From the IMG/VR virus record IMGVR_UViG_3300036900_000315, positions 2,595 through 66,594 of that record: a stretch of 64,000 nucleotides of DNA. One strand, written 5' to 3'. A program made the position numbers and the translations under genes. This DNA is from a virus. Positions 9,035 through 18,194 of the stretch are shown one piece after another. The notes beneath the pieces were generated by a model that worked only from the letters and a program-made list of their open reading frames with translations, was not told the origin of the DNA and made no database searches. The first letter of the stretch is position 1. Every line of letters starts with the position of its first letter.

Positions 9035-9345
9035 GGCGTGCCTCCGTCGACATCATTACCCCAAGAGATGGGGATGCAGTTCTTCGGCCAGGGGTATAGC
9101 TCGTAGGTCAGTCGGTCTTTCAAGTATTCCAGGGCGTGGATCAGCGTACAAGATGCGCCCTTTTCCTCGTGGTTGTACAGCCACTCTGCTAGATCGATAA
9201 GGAGCATGCGGGCCTGAAGATCGCAAGCGGACCAGATTATACGGCGGCCCTGCAAATCCAACCTTGCCATATCAACACTGGCATACGGAGCGGGTTTTGG
9301 CATCGCGACCCTGAGCACGCCGTCGGAAGTAATTCGCGCCTTCAT
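9031..9345 (-). CDS. Phage hypothetical protein
   Basis: ATGA overlap; GAGGTG upstream. Confidence 0.6.
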   Translation of the reverse strand: MKARITSDGVLRVAMPKPAPYASVDMARLDLQGRRIIWSACDLQARMLLIDLAEWLYNHEEKGASCTLIHALEYLKDRLTYELYPWPKNCIPISWGNDVDGGTP

Positions 9346-9611
9346 GACGCAATCACCTCACCCCGAATCCTCGCCAACTTATCCGGCACCAGATACGGAC
9401 ACTTCACCCGCGTCAAACATCCCCCACACCTCGCTCGCTTATGCGGCAGCGTTGGGTAGTGGTCCTTCACACCTTCCATGCGAATAAATAGTGAGCAGTA
9501 CGTCCAGAAGCCTCCGCCAGCCTCAACGTAGACGGCGTGATATCGACCCTGTTTCTCCCAGCGGATCCAGGTGGTGGTGGGCAGGTTCTGTAAGTCGCCG
9601 CGAATCGTCAT
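9342..9611 (-). CDS. Cys/His-motif hypothetical protein
   Basis: YHAV...TYC...CGGC; coupled. Confidence 0.6.
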   Translation of the reverse strand: MTIRGDLQNLPTTTWIRWEKQGRYHAVYVEAGGGFWTYCSLFIRMEGVKDHYPTLPHKRARCGGCLTRVKCPYLVPDKLARIRGEVIAS

Positions 9612-9871
9612 CTGAACCCGTTCCTCTCGATGGCTTCGATCAGATCCACCGCCGACCTGAGGATTTTGAGCGACGTTTCAAACAGAATCGTTTCGCCTGA
9701 CGGGGCGTCGACGCGGAAGGTAACGAAGGTATTCCCGCTCTCCATCCCACCCTGCAACGGAACGACTGAGATCTTTGTGAGCGGCCCCATGGCGTTGATA
9801 TAGGGCTTCTCTCGAAGATCCTTCCACGCGTCCGAGTCTTCTCTGCAAATGTTGATTACAGGCATGGCCAC
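9608..9871 (-). CDS. Phage hypothetical protein
   Basis: GGAGG upstream; first gene after a structured intergenic region. Confidence 0.7.
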   Translation of the reverse strand: MAMPVINICREDSDAWKDLREKPYINAMGPLTKISVVPLQGGMESGNTFVTFRVDAPSGETILFETSLKILRSAVDLIEAIERNGFR

Positions 9872-9884
9872 CTCCAGGAGTTAA

Positions 9885-10265
9885 CGCCCGGCGAGTACGA
9901 GAAAAACTCACCGGGCGCCAGATTTACAAAGATGCACCAGTTGTTCTATCCCCAATGCCGGGGGCTCGGCACTACGACCGCAAACGAGGAACCCACGTTG
10001 GACCCGGGTGTGTGGGAACCGCGAACTTGTGGAGAGAAGAGAGTAGGAAACGACGCGGGCGCGGTCTCCAAGGAGGGCAAAAGGCCGCGCCCACAGGGGG
10101 AGGCGCCGTCCCGCTCAGCCATGAAGTTGAGGCAACAGGCCAAGGCGAAACCGTGAAACAATGAACCCATTGACCGTTGTACATGTTGTAGCCCTCCGGG
10201 GGCTGCAGCAGCGCTAAAGAGTATCCCAACTTGTTCGGGGCTCATCGTTGATGCGACTGAGCCCC
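9885..10265. ncRNA. Hairpin-rich intergenic region, candidate structured RNA
   Basis: Six inverted repeats in about 380 bp between two coding genes; no convincing CDS. Confidence 0.4.
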
Positions 10266-10278
10266 ATCGTTCCTTCCT

Positions 10279-10521
10279 CTACCCGCCGGTCTTACCACCC
10301 GCACCTGAAGCCTGCGCGTTGCCGCCCTGCGCGATTGTCGTGCACAGCTCCGGAATCAGGTTTTTGGTAGCCGTTATCCACTCACCGAACGCCACCGGTC
10401 CGGCCTTCTGCGCTACCTCCGCCTGCTTCAGCAGTCCGCGAAGCTGCGTTTCGTTGCGTGTCTCGACGGTCTGACCCCTGCGGATCGACGTCATCAAATC
10501 GTTTGAGATTGCTCCTGGCAT
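10279..10521 (-). CDS. Phage hypothetical protein
   Basis: Start MPGAIS after GGGAGAG. Confidence 0.6.
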   Translation of the reverse strand: MPGAISNDLMTSIRRGQTVETRNETQLRGLLKQAEVAQKAGPVAFGEWITATKNLIPELCTTIAQGGNAQASGAGGKTGG

Positions 10522-10625
10522 GTTCTTCTCTCCCTTGTCACAAAAGAACGGGTATCGTACCCGATGTTTCCTTTTCTGCCGGCACACTCTCCGGTTCGAG
10601 TTGCCTTTTCGATTGGCAAAAATCG

Positions 10626-11006
10626 TTATGCTGCCGGTGCTGGCGTGTTGGCTGTGACCGCGGCCTGGAGCCCCGTCGTGTTGGCTTCGAGGGCGGTGTT
10701 GAGGCTGTCCATCCCATCGGCTACGGCCTGGATCGCTACCGGGTCGTTTCCGTTCGCGATCGCGGCTTGCAGCTGGGTGCTGAGGTCGGTCAATTGAGCC
10801 TTAAAGCCCTGTATCAGTGTGAGGATGGACGTATCCACCGTCGTGTTTGCCGCGACACTCGCCTGGAGCGCCGCCATCTTGGTCTGAATATCTTTCAACG
10901 TTGCCGCCATATCGCTTTGTCCTTTTACCAACTGGTTGAGCAGGTTAATGGTCGTGGCCTGTCCCGCGAGGAGCGCCTTGATGTGTTGCTCGAATACGAA
11001 TTCCAT
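10626..11006 (-). CDS. Ala/Thr-rich coiled-coil protein
   Basis: Heptad pattern; AAGGA upstream of MEFVFE. Confidence 0.7.
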   Translation of the reverse strand: MEFVFEQHIKALLAGQATTINLLNQLVKGQSDMAATLKDIQTKMAALQASVAANTTVDTSILTLIQGFKAQLTDLSTQLQAAIANGNDPVAIQAVADGMDSLNTALEANTTGLQAAVTANTPAPAA

Positions 11007-11244
11007 AAACGTCCTTCGCACCTGGCGCCCGGCCGGCGTCTCGGCTGCCCCACGCTTCTCAATTCAGATACCATGGGGGTGTCTAAGCCATACCTGATGA
11101 TCCTTAAGGCCTCTGCGACGGTGGTGTTCTGCAGGGGCCTTTTGCCGTTTTTGAATAAGGGGGCGGCGAGTCGTAGAGGCTCCCATACCCCCCTCGAACG
11201 GCGAAGCGGTGCCCCGTCCGGATCGGCTTGCAGCCGGAAGTTGT

Positions 11245-11433
11245 TCATGACAAGTTGTCCTTTGGCTTCCCAACACGATCCCAGTTCTCAGCCCGCGTGA
11301 AGATTGAGCAGACCAGGTTGCGCAGGTCGGCGCGTGTTGCCCAGGAGAGATTGTCGCGAGACTCGGGTGGAGTGTTTAGCCATTGAGTTACTCGGTCGTC
11401 TGGTGATGGTTTTTTTCCCTTGGTACGTTCCAT
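11245..11433 (-). CDS. Phage hypothetical protein
   Basis: Abuts the upstream stop. Confidence 0.5.
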   Translation of the reverse strand: MERTKGKKPSPDDRVTQWLNTPPESRDNLSWATRADLRNLVCSIFTRAENWDRVGKPKDNLS

Positions 11434-11982
11434 TTAGGCTTTCCCTACCTTCTTCAGGCCCTTGCGCGAGAACATCCAAGCGGGTGTTTCCTTGCCAACG
11501 TTGACGGCGTGAATCGTGCCAGCTTCTGCCTGTCCCTGGAGCCACTCTTCGGGTAGTCCAGAGTATTCCGCGGCCTGGGAAAGAGTTAACCATGGCCGTT
11601 TCGGGGCTGCGGTGAGGACCTTAACCGAGTCGGGATGGCCGTCTGGCATGTTGCCACCATTACCGCTGGTGCCGCGCCCACTGTCGCCGGCTTGCCCATC
11701 GTTACCACCGTTTCCCGATGTCGATCTTTGGGACGTCGCGACCGGGTACCTGTTCGGCTTCCCCTCCAAAATTGCGAGTATGTCGGCTCTTGAAAAGTAC
11801 CTCCTCGCCTTTCGTTGCCATGGCTGCTCTTCGCGTCTCGTCTCGATAAAGCCCTGCTTGGCCCTCCGGTCAATCTGGCGCTTATCCCTCCCGAGCAACT
11901 TCGCGGCTTCCTCTTTCTCTAGCCAGTTGCTGTTATCAATCTGCCGGTGATCTCTCTGGATTTCGTTGGGGTCTTCGGTCAC
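11434..11982 (-). CDS. Double MerR/excisionase-like HTH protein
   Basis: WLEKEEAAKLLGRDKRQIDRRAKQGFI and WLTLSQAAEYSGLPEEWLQ joined by a GNGGN-repeat linker. Confidence 0.75.
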   Translation of the reverse strand: MTEDPNEIQRDHRQIDNSNWLEKEEAAKLLGRDKRQIDRRAKQGFIETRREEQPWQRKARRYFSRADILAILEGKPNRYPVATSQRSTSGNGGNDGQAGDSGRGTSGNGGNMPDGHPDSVKVLTAAPKRPWLTLSQAAEYSGLPEEWLQGQAEAGTIHAVNVGKETPAWMFSRKGLKKVGKA

Positions 11983-12554
11983 CTCTTAAAATCTCCTCTC
12001 GTGTTCTTGCCTGCTGTAACGAGTCCGTCTTCCTCGCCTTCAGGTTCATCGCCCGGCTCTCGCTCGGGGTCCTGCTCCGTCTTGTTCGGCGCCATCGGTA
12101 TCACGTTGCCGATTGTTGCCGTGGCGCGCCTGAATCCGCCTTTGACTGCCTGATGGCGTTTCGCCTGCGCTTCGAAGTCTGCAAGTTTGCCTGCCCACCA
12201 CTCATCGTGCCGGCGGCGTTCCTCGGGCGACCACGAGCGCTCGTCCTTCATTGACCGGTCGGGCTTCCAGGGGATCGCCGCGCGCGCCTCGGCCCGTCTT
12301 AATTCAGCCATTGCCGCAAAATCGGCAGCCGATGGGCAAACGCTGCCCCTGATTTCCCCTCGCGGAGTGATGGACGTATCGCGCAAACGCTGAAAGACCA
12401 TCTCGGCGGCACCTTCCTGTGAATCGTTCGAGTCACACAGTGAGGTGGCGAGGTCAGCGAGACATAGTGAGCTTAGGCCCGCATAGTACGCCGTGTTTTC
12501 AAACCGCCTTATCTGCGCTCGACAGAAACGCATATTTTCGTCATTCCGGTCCAT
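11979..12554 (-). CDS. Putative helicase loader-like replication protein
   Basis: Follows the initiator; CPSAADF recalls the PTIADI-type motif of phage loader proteins. Confidence 0.45.
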   Translation of the reverse strand: MDRNDENMRFCRAQIRRFENTAYYAGLSSLCLADLATSLCDSNDSQEGAAEMVFQRLRDTSITPRGEIRGSVCPSAADFAAMAELRRAEARAAIPWKPDRSMKDERSWSPEERRRHDEWWAGKLADFEAQAKRHQAVKGGFRRATATIGNVIPMAPNKTEQDPEREPGDEPEGEEDGLVTAGKNTRGDFKR

Positions 12555-13737
12555 GAGAAGTCATTCCTTTCCGATGGATTTTTTCGACTTCAGCCCACTT
12601 GCGCTCCTCTCTTAAATCAGCCGCGGTCTTGTGAACTGCTGCCGGTGAGGGGGTGTTACCTGCGCGTTCGTCCGCCAGTTCTTCGAGATAGGCTTCGCTC
12701 GCTTTTTTGGCCAGCAGTACGAGGAACGGCCACTTCCTTACACGGTGCGCATTCTCCGTCAACTGCGGCTCGAAGAACTCCCGCCACGCGCGCCCGGTCG
12801 GGATCAGGTTGTGAATCTGGGCGCCGAATTCCTTGGGTAGGACCTCCCCGATCTTCTTCCGGAATAACCGGTTCAGTCGCTCCTTCAGTTGCTCGTAGCT
12901 TAGTGCGTCTTCATTCTGGGATGGGGCCTTCGGGGGGGCCGCGGCGGCCGGCGCCGGGGTGGGGGTGACGTCCAGGATTCGACCGGTTATACTGAGTGTC
13001 GTTACCAGATCGAAGCTGTTGGGATTGCGTAGGCGAATTGTGTCGATTGCAGCCCAGAGGGGCAGGGGAGGGGATTGCTCCCCTGGTTTAACGACGATGG
13101 TTTGAGGTGAAAACGTGCGCTCTGGCTGATCAGCTAAAGATTGCGTAAAACTGCCGAGTTCGGCAGTCTGTGATAATTCGCACTGCGGTAAATTGTTGAT
13201 TTCGCTAGGTAATTCAATTTCTGACGTTGACGGCGCGTCCGTCGGAATATTGGTTTCCTCAGCCTTCGGTGAGACTCTCCGCACCGTCGCCCGCGCGGCC
13301 GCCCGAAGCTTTTCGGGTGCCAGGCGATACCATGTCTGGCCATCCATTCGCTGCGTCTCCAGTCCAATCTCGCGCAACTCCGCGACTGCCTTGTTCACGC
13401 CCGATTCGGTGGCGATCCCGATCCGCATCAAGTCGGCCATCGAGAACGGCACCCATCCCGGGTGTGGATACGCACTCTTTTCCGCCAGGTAGGCCGCGGC
13501 TTCCGCTCCATAAACTCTCGGATCGACCCGGCCGCCATAGGTCCCCCGAACGACCGCGTACACGAGACGGAAGCCGATGGCTGATGTGACCGCGGCGTCG
13601 AGCTTCTCCCAATCATCGTTCGAGAACAGCGTGCCGTTCTTTTTGACTTCGGGTGCCAGTTGGAAACGGAGGTCGAGAGTTTGCTGCCGACCGTCTGCCG
13701 GCTTCTTTTTCGCTCGGGCTGCTGAACCAGTACTCAT
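12541..13737 (-). CDS. Putative replication initiator (N-terminal winged HTH)
   Basis: Start MSTGSA (ATGA overlap); FSMADLMRIGIATESGVNKAVAELREIG wHTH; linker; helical C-terminal domain. Confidence 0.65.
   Translation of the reverse strand: MSTGSAARAKKKPADGRQQTLDLRFQLAPEVKKNGTLFSNDDWEKLDAAVTSAIGFRLVYAVVRGTYGGRVDPRVYGAEAAAYLAEKSAYPHPGWVPFSMADLMRIGIATESGVNKAVAELREIGLETQRMDGQTWYRLAPEKLRAAARATVRRVSPKAEETNIPTDAPSTSEIELPSEINNLPQCELSQTAELGSFTQSLADQPERTFSPQTIVVKPGEQSPPLPLWAAIDTIRLRNPNSFDLVTTLSITGRILDVTPTPAPAAAAPPKAPSQNEDALSYEQLKERLNRLFRKKIGEVLPKEFGAQIHNLIPTGRAWREFFEPQLTENAHRVRKWPFLVLLAKKASEAYLEELADERAGNTPSPAAVHKTAADLREERKWAEVEKIHRKGMTSHGPE
13151..13201. promoter_or_regulatory. Intragenic iteron-type palindrome plus IHF-consensus site
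   Basis: CTGCCGAGTTCGGCAG at 13151-13166; AATCAAcaatTTA on - strand at 13189-13201 matches WATCAANNNNTTR. Confidence 0.5.
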
Positions 13738-14168
13738 ACGGCACCTGCGTTCTGTGCCTTCTCGGCCGCTGCCAAAACCTTTTCCGGGACAATGCGGTAC
13801 CAGAGCTGACCATTCAGGCGCTCCGTCTCCACTACTCCTATTTCCCGTAGTTTTGCGATTGCCTTCTTTACTCCGGATTCCGTGGCGATCCCGATCCGCG
13901 TCATGTCGGCCATCGAGAACGGAGTCCATTCCGGGTGCGGATATCCGCCCTTTGCCGCCACGAATTCCGCGGCATCGTTGCCGTAGATCTTCGGATCGAT
14001 CCTCCCGTCATAGGTGCGCAGGACAATCTCGTCGGCCAGACGTAAACCAGTCAGCGATGTGCACACGGCATTCAGCCCGCGTTTGAGATCCGTTGAAAAG
14101 AGAACGCCGTGGTTCTTGACTTCCGGAGCGAGCCTAAAGCGGAGATCGGGTTTTTCGGGGGTGGGCAT
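13734..14168 (-). CDS. Stand-alone wHTH paralog of the initiator N-domain
   Basis: LRFRLAPEVK...YPHPEWTPFSMADMTRIGIATESGVKKA...WYRIVPEK aligns with the next gene. Confidence 0.75.
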   Translation of the reverse strand: MPTPEKPDLRFRLAPEVKNHGVLFSTDLKRGLNAVCTSLTGLRLADEIVLRTYDGRIDPKIYGNDAAEFVAAKGGYPHPEWTPFSMADMTRIGIATESGVKKAIAKLREIGVVETERLNGQLWYRIVPEKVLAAAEKAQNAGAV

Positions 14169-14825
14169 TTACTCGACCCCCTTTCCGGTCTCGAGTAATT
14201 CTGCTTGGCATTTACTCTCCCAGTCCTTGCGGGCCTGGCGCAACTCTTCTTTGATTCGGATGCGCCTGACTTGCAGGGTGGCCAACTCCGCCGCTTTCTC
14301 GGGAGCGAGGTTCCTGATCTGTTCTTTGATCTCCAATTTCAACTTGATCAGGTAGAGACCTGCCTGCGTCGGCTCGCCGTTCCAATCCCTTAACAGCGGG
14401 AAAGGCGAGCGCTCGCCGGATTCAACCGAATTCTTCAATTGCTCCTGTTGCGCTTTACTGAAGCGAAACGGCTCCTGTTTCACTTCCCATTTCTTGAGCG
14501 CTCGCTGTCCCGATGGCGTCAGAGTGCCGTCGTCACGAACGAAACAGCGGGCGAATTGATCCGCTCGTTTCCCGCCTGTCATGTAAGATCCATCGCTAGT
14601 CAGGCGGCCATTGCGGATCAGTGCGGATTTCTGAGAGCCGGAAGACCTCAACTGTTGGGCTACTGCCTTCGCCTCTAAGATATTTCGCATCTCGGCGTCC
14701 AGGGCGCGAGCCACTTCCAGGTCAAGAAAAGTTTCAGTGGGGGATTGTGACGTGTCTGTTTCAGGCACCACGACAGTCTTATCAGTCACGATGGCTGTCG
14801 TTTTTACTGTGATGGAGGACGACAT
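14169..14825 (-). CDS. Hypothetical protein, first gene of the replication operon
   Basis: AGAAGGA upstream; 218 aa; C-terminal coiled coil. Confidence 0.7.
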   Translation of the reverse strand: MSSSITVKTTAIVTDKTVVVPETDTSQSPTETFLDLEVARALDAEMRNILEAKAVAQQLRSSGSQKSALIRNGRLTSDGSYMTGGKRADQFARCFVRDDGTLTPSGQRALKKWEVKQEPFRFSKAQQEQLKNSVESGERSPFPLLRDWNGEPTQAGLYLIKLKLEIKEQIRNLAPEKAAELATLQVRRIRIKEELRQARKDWESKCQAELLETGKGVE

Positions 14826-15298
14826 ATAAATCCTTCTCTTGTTACAGCTTGGGAGTTGAATTTATAAGCGTAGGAGGCTAAAATCTTGATATGCCCGCGA
14901 TGCCAGCACTCTCTGGTTTTGTGGGCTAGGGGCGTAACTAAGTTACAAACCCCGACCTCAGACGCTTATGCTGATTTGCCCTCACTTACTACTTCCACCT
15001 CCTAAGATGATTGGTAGTAGTGTGGGATTTTTCGACGCGAGCGTCGGAGGCGGACGTATGACAATTTTAGCCTGCAACAAAACACCAAAGGGCGCGGTGG
15101 TTATGGAGCGATTGCGGCTAGACGTGGAATCGAATTCCCGTAATGGAGTGCTTTCGAATGCCAAGTAATAACTTAGCTTCCGATAACATACATTATTGTC
15201 AAACGTCCCGAATTGAAGGCGATACGCGCCCTTATCCAGCAAGTCGCCAGTTAGTACTAGCAGTACCAGCCAACTTACATCTATAGACAAGGCGTGAA

Positions 15299-15517
15299 TC
15301 ATGCCGATGCCTCTTGGCTCTTCGCCAGCGCACGATTTCGCAGACTGTTTTGACGGCATGCCTCGCGACACGACGCACAACGGCATCCGTAGTTGTTGTA
15401 CTCGCCCCACGTGCCGTGCTTCGCTTTGCGCGGTTCGGTCCAGCGTGCACGCGCGGCGCGACGCATTCTCTCTTTGAGTTGCGCAGCGGTCTCAGCGGGA
15501 AAAACACCTTGGGGCAT
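15299..15517 (-). CDS. Small HGT-Y-GCRC zinc-binding protein
   Basis: HGTWGEYNNYGCRCASCR, a motif common in phage small proteins. Confidence 0.65.
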   Translation of the reverse strand: MPQGVFPAETAAQLKERMRRAARARWTEPRKAKHGTWGEYNNYGCRCASCREACRQNSLRNRALAKSQEASA

Positions 15518-15605
15518 CTTCTATGGATACTAGTTCAATTTTCTACAGAATGCCACCCTTATTTTTTCCTGCGGCCCATCGTCCCGCACCAAACCCAAAC
15601 GAAAA

Positions 15606-15696
15606 CTGCCGAGTAGGGCAGAATTGATGCCAACCTCTGCCGAGCAGGGCAGAAAAACCTGCCGAACAGGGCAGAGATTTATGCCGAGTAGGGCAG
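15606..15696. repeat. Four iteron-like 16-bp repeats (putative origin)
   Basis: (C/A)TGCCGA(G/A)(T/C)AGGGCAG starting at 15606, 15637, 15659, 15681; spacing 31/22/22 bp. Confidence 0.8.
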
Positions 15697-15713
15697 ATTT
15701 TCGCGGGCCATTA

Positions 15714-15753
15714 TATTCTTTAAAGAGGTAAGGTATTCTTTAAAGAGGTAAGG
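15714..15753. repeat. Perfect AT-rich 20-bp tandem repeat (putative unwinding element)
   Basis: TATTCTTTAAAGAGGTAAGG x2 beside the iterons. Confidence 0.85.
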
Positions 15754-15870
15754 GCGCGCAGAAAGAATTTATGCAGATCGTGGGGGTAGCTAGGTAGGTT
15801 CTTTCTTCGACAGCGGCGACCTGCCTACTTACCTAACTCGGCCCGCAACACAACAAACAACGAAGGCAAA

Positions 15871-16569
15871 TCAAAACACCCGCGGCGAAGGTCCGAAACC
15901 CGCGCGCTCGAATTCCGAACCGCTCCATTCCGCGATCCGGCCGGCGAGCTCGTCATGCACCAGCGTGAGCAACCGCGCACGGTCCCCATTTCCCACCATG
16001 TCGAGCTCCGCTGCAATTACCCGCGTAATGCGCGAACGGATCAGATCAAAATCGAGTGCCACAAATCCCGCCTCGCGCGCCATGGCATCGCGCACCAAAG
16101 GCTCCAGCAGCATACGCCACATCCCCGCTGGCGCGACGACGCGACCCACCTCGACGAACTTCCCGTCCTTCCCCTCCGAACGTTCGTAGCGCCACAGGAT
16201 CACGGTATTGTCCGACAGGTGACGGGCGTGTCCGCGTGCTGGAGTTTCGGCACCGGCGAATTCAACAATAAGTGGAGTCCGGGGGAAAGTTCCGTTCGGC
16301 CACAAGTTCGCTTCGGGGATCGTGGTGCCCGGCGAAAGGAAGTTTCCCTTCCACTCGAAAGCCGTGCGCGATCGCGGGTCGACGAGCTTCAGGAGTTTCG
16401 CGTAGGTTGCCTGGCTACGCTTGGTTCGCGAGAGCGGAAGACGTACGTGGCGAGCGGGTTCCAACGCCCCAAGTATGGCGTGTCGAGATGCGTTTTCGCC
16501 TTTATACAAACGGCTTAAAGCAAATGCATTATGGAAAACTGCCAGTACTCCAAGAGGTTCAGAATACAA
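15871..16569 (-). CDS. Hypothetical protein
   Basis: 232-aa ORF; start uncertain. Confidence 0.65.
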   Translation of the reverse strand: MYSEPLGVLAVFHNAFALSRLYKGENASRHAILGALEPARHVRLPLSRTKRSQATYAKLLKLVDPRSRTAFEWKGNFLSPGTTIPEANLWPNGTFPRTPLIVEFAGAETPARGHARHLSDNTVILWRYERSEGKDGKFVEVGRVVAPAGMWRMLLEPLVRDAMAREAGFVALDFDLIRSRITRVIAAELDMVGNGDRARLLTLVHDELAGRIAEWSGSEFERAGFGPSPRVF

Positions 16570-16752
16570 TCAATCGACCAACCAACCTACCTCGCCAAAT
16601 GTAACTCAACATGCAACTACCCGTGCGAGAGCGCATGAGAAAATTCGGCGTTAAGCTTGAAGATGCCGGCTGATCACCGGTGTCTTTGCGGGGAGACTGG
16701 GCGGATTGGCCTTCTACTTTCCGCTCTCCCGCGGCCTTAGAAGGAGGCAACA

Positions 16753-17223
16753 ATGGAAGAAAAAAAGGGAAGTGAGATGAGCTGGACTTCTAGTAGAATA
16801 GCCGAACGTCTCAAGATCGAAGACGAGCGCAAACGCGTCAGTGAAGCATTCAAGGGCGTGTGGGACAGTCTTTGGAACGAGATCGTGAGTCACGTTCGGG
16901 AATACCGGCAACAATACGGCGAATTATCCGTAATCACATCCGGCGACTACGAAGAGCGGCGGATCTCGATTCCCAATCAGATTATCGGCGGCGTTGTTCA
17001 GAACTTCAAACGGCATGTGGTGCTGAAGCAGGGGCAGAACAAGACTTCGATAAAAGCAGAGTCTTCGACCCACGCCGATTCCCTGAAGTTCGACCTCAAG
17101 GTCTGCTCGTCCGGTCTGGTGTGTCTCGTGTTGGACGAGAAAGAGCTATCGCTTGAACAGGCTGCGATCCTGATCCTGGACCCTATCGAGTTTCCGGACC
17201 TGCCACGAACCGAGGTTTCATAA
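16753..17223 (+). CDS. Hypothetical protein
   Basis: AGGAGG upstream; globular composition. Confidence 0.75.
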   Translation: MEEKKGSEMSWTSSRIAERLKIEDERKRVSEAFKGVWDSLWNEIVSHVREYRQQYGELSVITSGDYEERRISIPNQIIGGVVQNFKRHVVLKQGQNKTSIKAESSTHADSLKFDLKVCSSGLVCLVLDEKELSLEQAAILILDPIEFPDLPRTEVS

Positions 17224-17403
17224 GCGAGTATGCCTGATCCGAAATTGATCTTCTGGCCCTGCGTCCGCATCGCATTCATAATCGGCGTGGGTATCGGGTA
17301 CTGGCGGACGCACAGAGCGCGAGTCAAAGCTCAGAAGGCACTGCGGGCAGCTAGCGCACTTGTACTATGGCCGTATTCCCAGGACCCGTGTTAGTGTGCA
17401 GCT

Positions 17404-17970
17404 ATGCCAACAGCCCAGATGCAACCCAGCACACCTGCACAAACCGGTGTTCGAGAGTGGATTACGAAGGAGGAAACCGCCAAGCAACTCGACCGGAGCG
17501 TCAGAACCGTACTTGCGATGGCCGCGGCGGGAACGATCAAAAGCAAGACGGAGCGAGATCCGAAAAGGCGCGGTCAGAAGGTGACGCTATTCCACGCAGG
17601 CGCGGTGGCTGCGCTTGCCGAAAAGCGGGAAAACGGAACTGCAGCGGAAAAACCCGCGCAAGATCGCAAGCCTGCAATCATCCCACCTGCAGCCCTGCAA
17701 TCTACCGATATCAGCCTCACCCAGGCGTTAGTCGAGCGTCTGCTGAATCCCCCACCTGCAGTCGCTGTTCCGCCGGCGCCGCGGCCGTGGCTGACCTTGG
17801 ACGAGGCGGCAGAATTCAGTGGGCTGACCAAGCGCTGGCTGGAAGCGGAGGCGATAAGAATTCTGCGGGACGAAGGTACAACTCCTATTGCCATCAAAGT
17901 TCGCGATATGGGCAGGGGTACCCACGGTGGACGCTGGCGGTTCCTGCGCAGTGATCTGGAGAAGGGCTAA
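17404..17970 (+). CDS. Double MerR/excisionase-like HTH protein (paralog of 11434-11982)
   Basis: WITKEETAKQLDRSVRTVLAMAAAGTI and RPWLTLDEAAEFSGLTKRWL. Confidence 0.75.
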   Translation: MPTAQMQPSTPAQTGVREWITKEETAKQLDRSVRTVLAMAAAGTIKSKTERDPKRRGQKVTLFHAGAVAALAEKRENGTAAEKPAQDRKPAIIPPAALQSTDISLTQALVERLLNPPPAVAVPPAPRPWLTLDEAAEFSGLTKRWLEAEAIRILRDEGTTPIAIKVRDMGRGTHGGRWRFLRSDLEKG

Positions 17971-18194
17971 TGCCAACCGACCTGGCCGCCCAGCAATACG
18001 AGATCGACGCCGCTGTAGACCGCGCCGTTATGGCAGTGCACCGCGAAGCCTCGATCCTAGATTCGTGTGCAGAGCAAAGCCTCATCCTTGCGCTCGTCGC
18101 GCAGAAACTGGTGCACTCGATGGTCTGTGAGCGCCAATCAGCCGTGTTGAAGCTGCAATTTCTAAAAAAGGGTGACGATCTCGAAAAGGGCTGA
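17970..18194 (+). CDS. Hypothetical protein
   Basis: TAATG coupling; ends in DLEKG like the upstream gene. Confidence 0.5.
   Translation: MPTDLAAQQYEIDAAVDRAVMAVHREASILDSCAEQSLILALVAQKLVHSMVCERQSAVLKLQFLKKGDDLEKG

Noticed and set aside
13738-13929. Long N-terminus of ORF 12541-13929
   Set aside because: Overlaps the upstream paralog; the ATGA-coupled start at 13737 fits better
15606-15753. Mini CRISPR array
   Set aside because: Repeats are 16 bp with 6-15 bp gaps; no spacer-sized units and no cas genes
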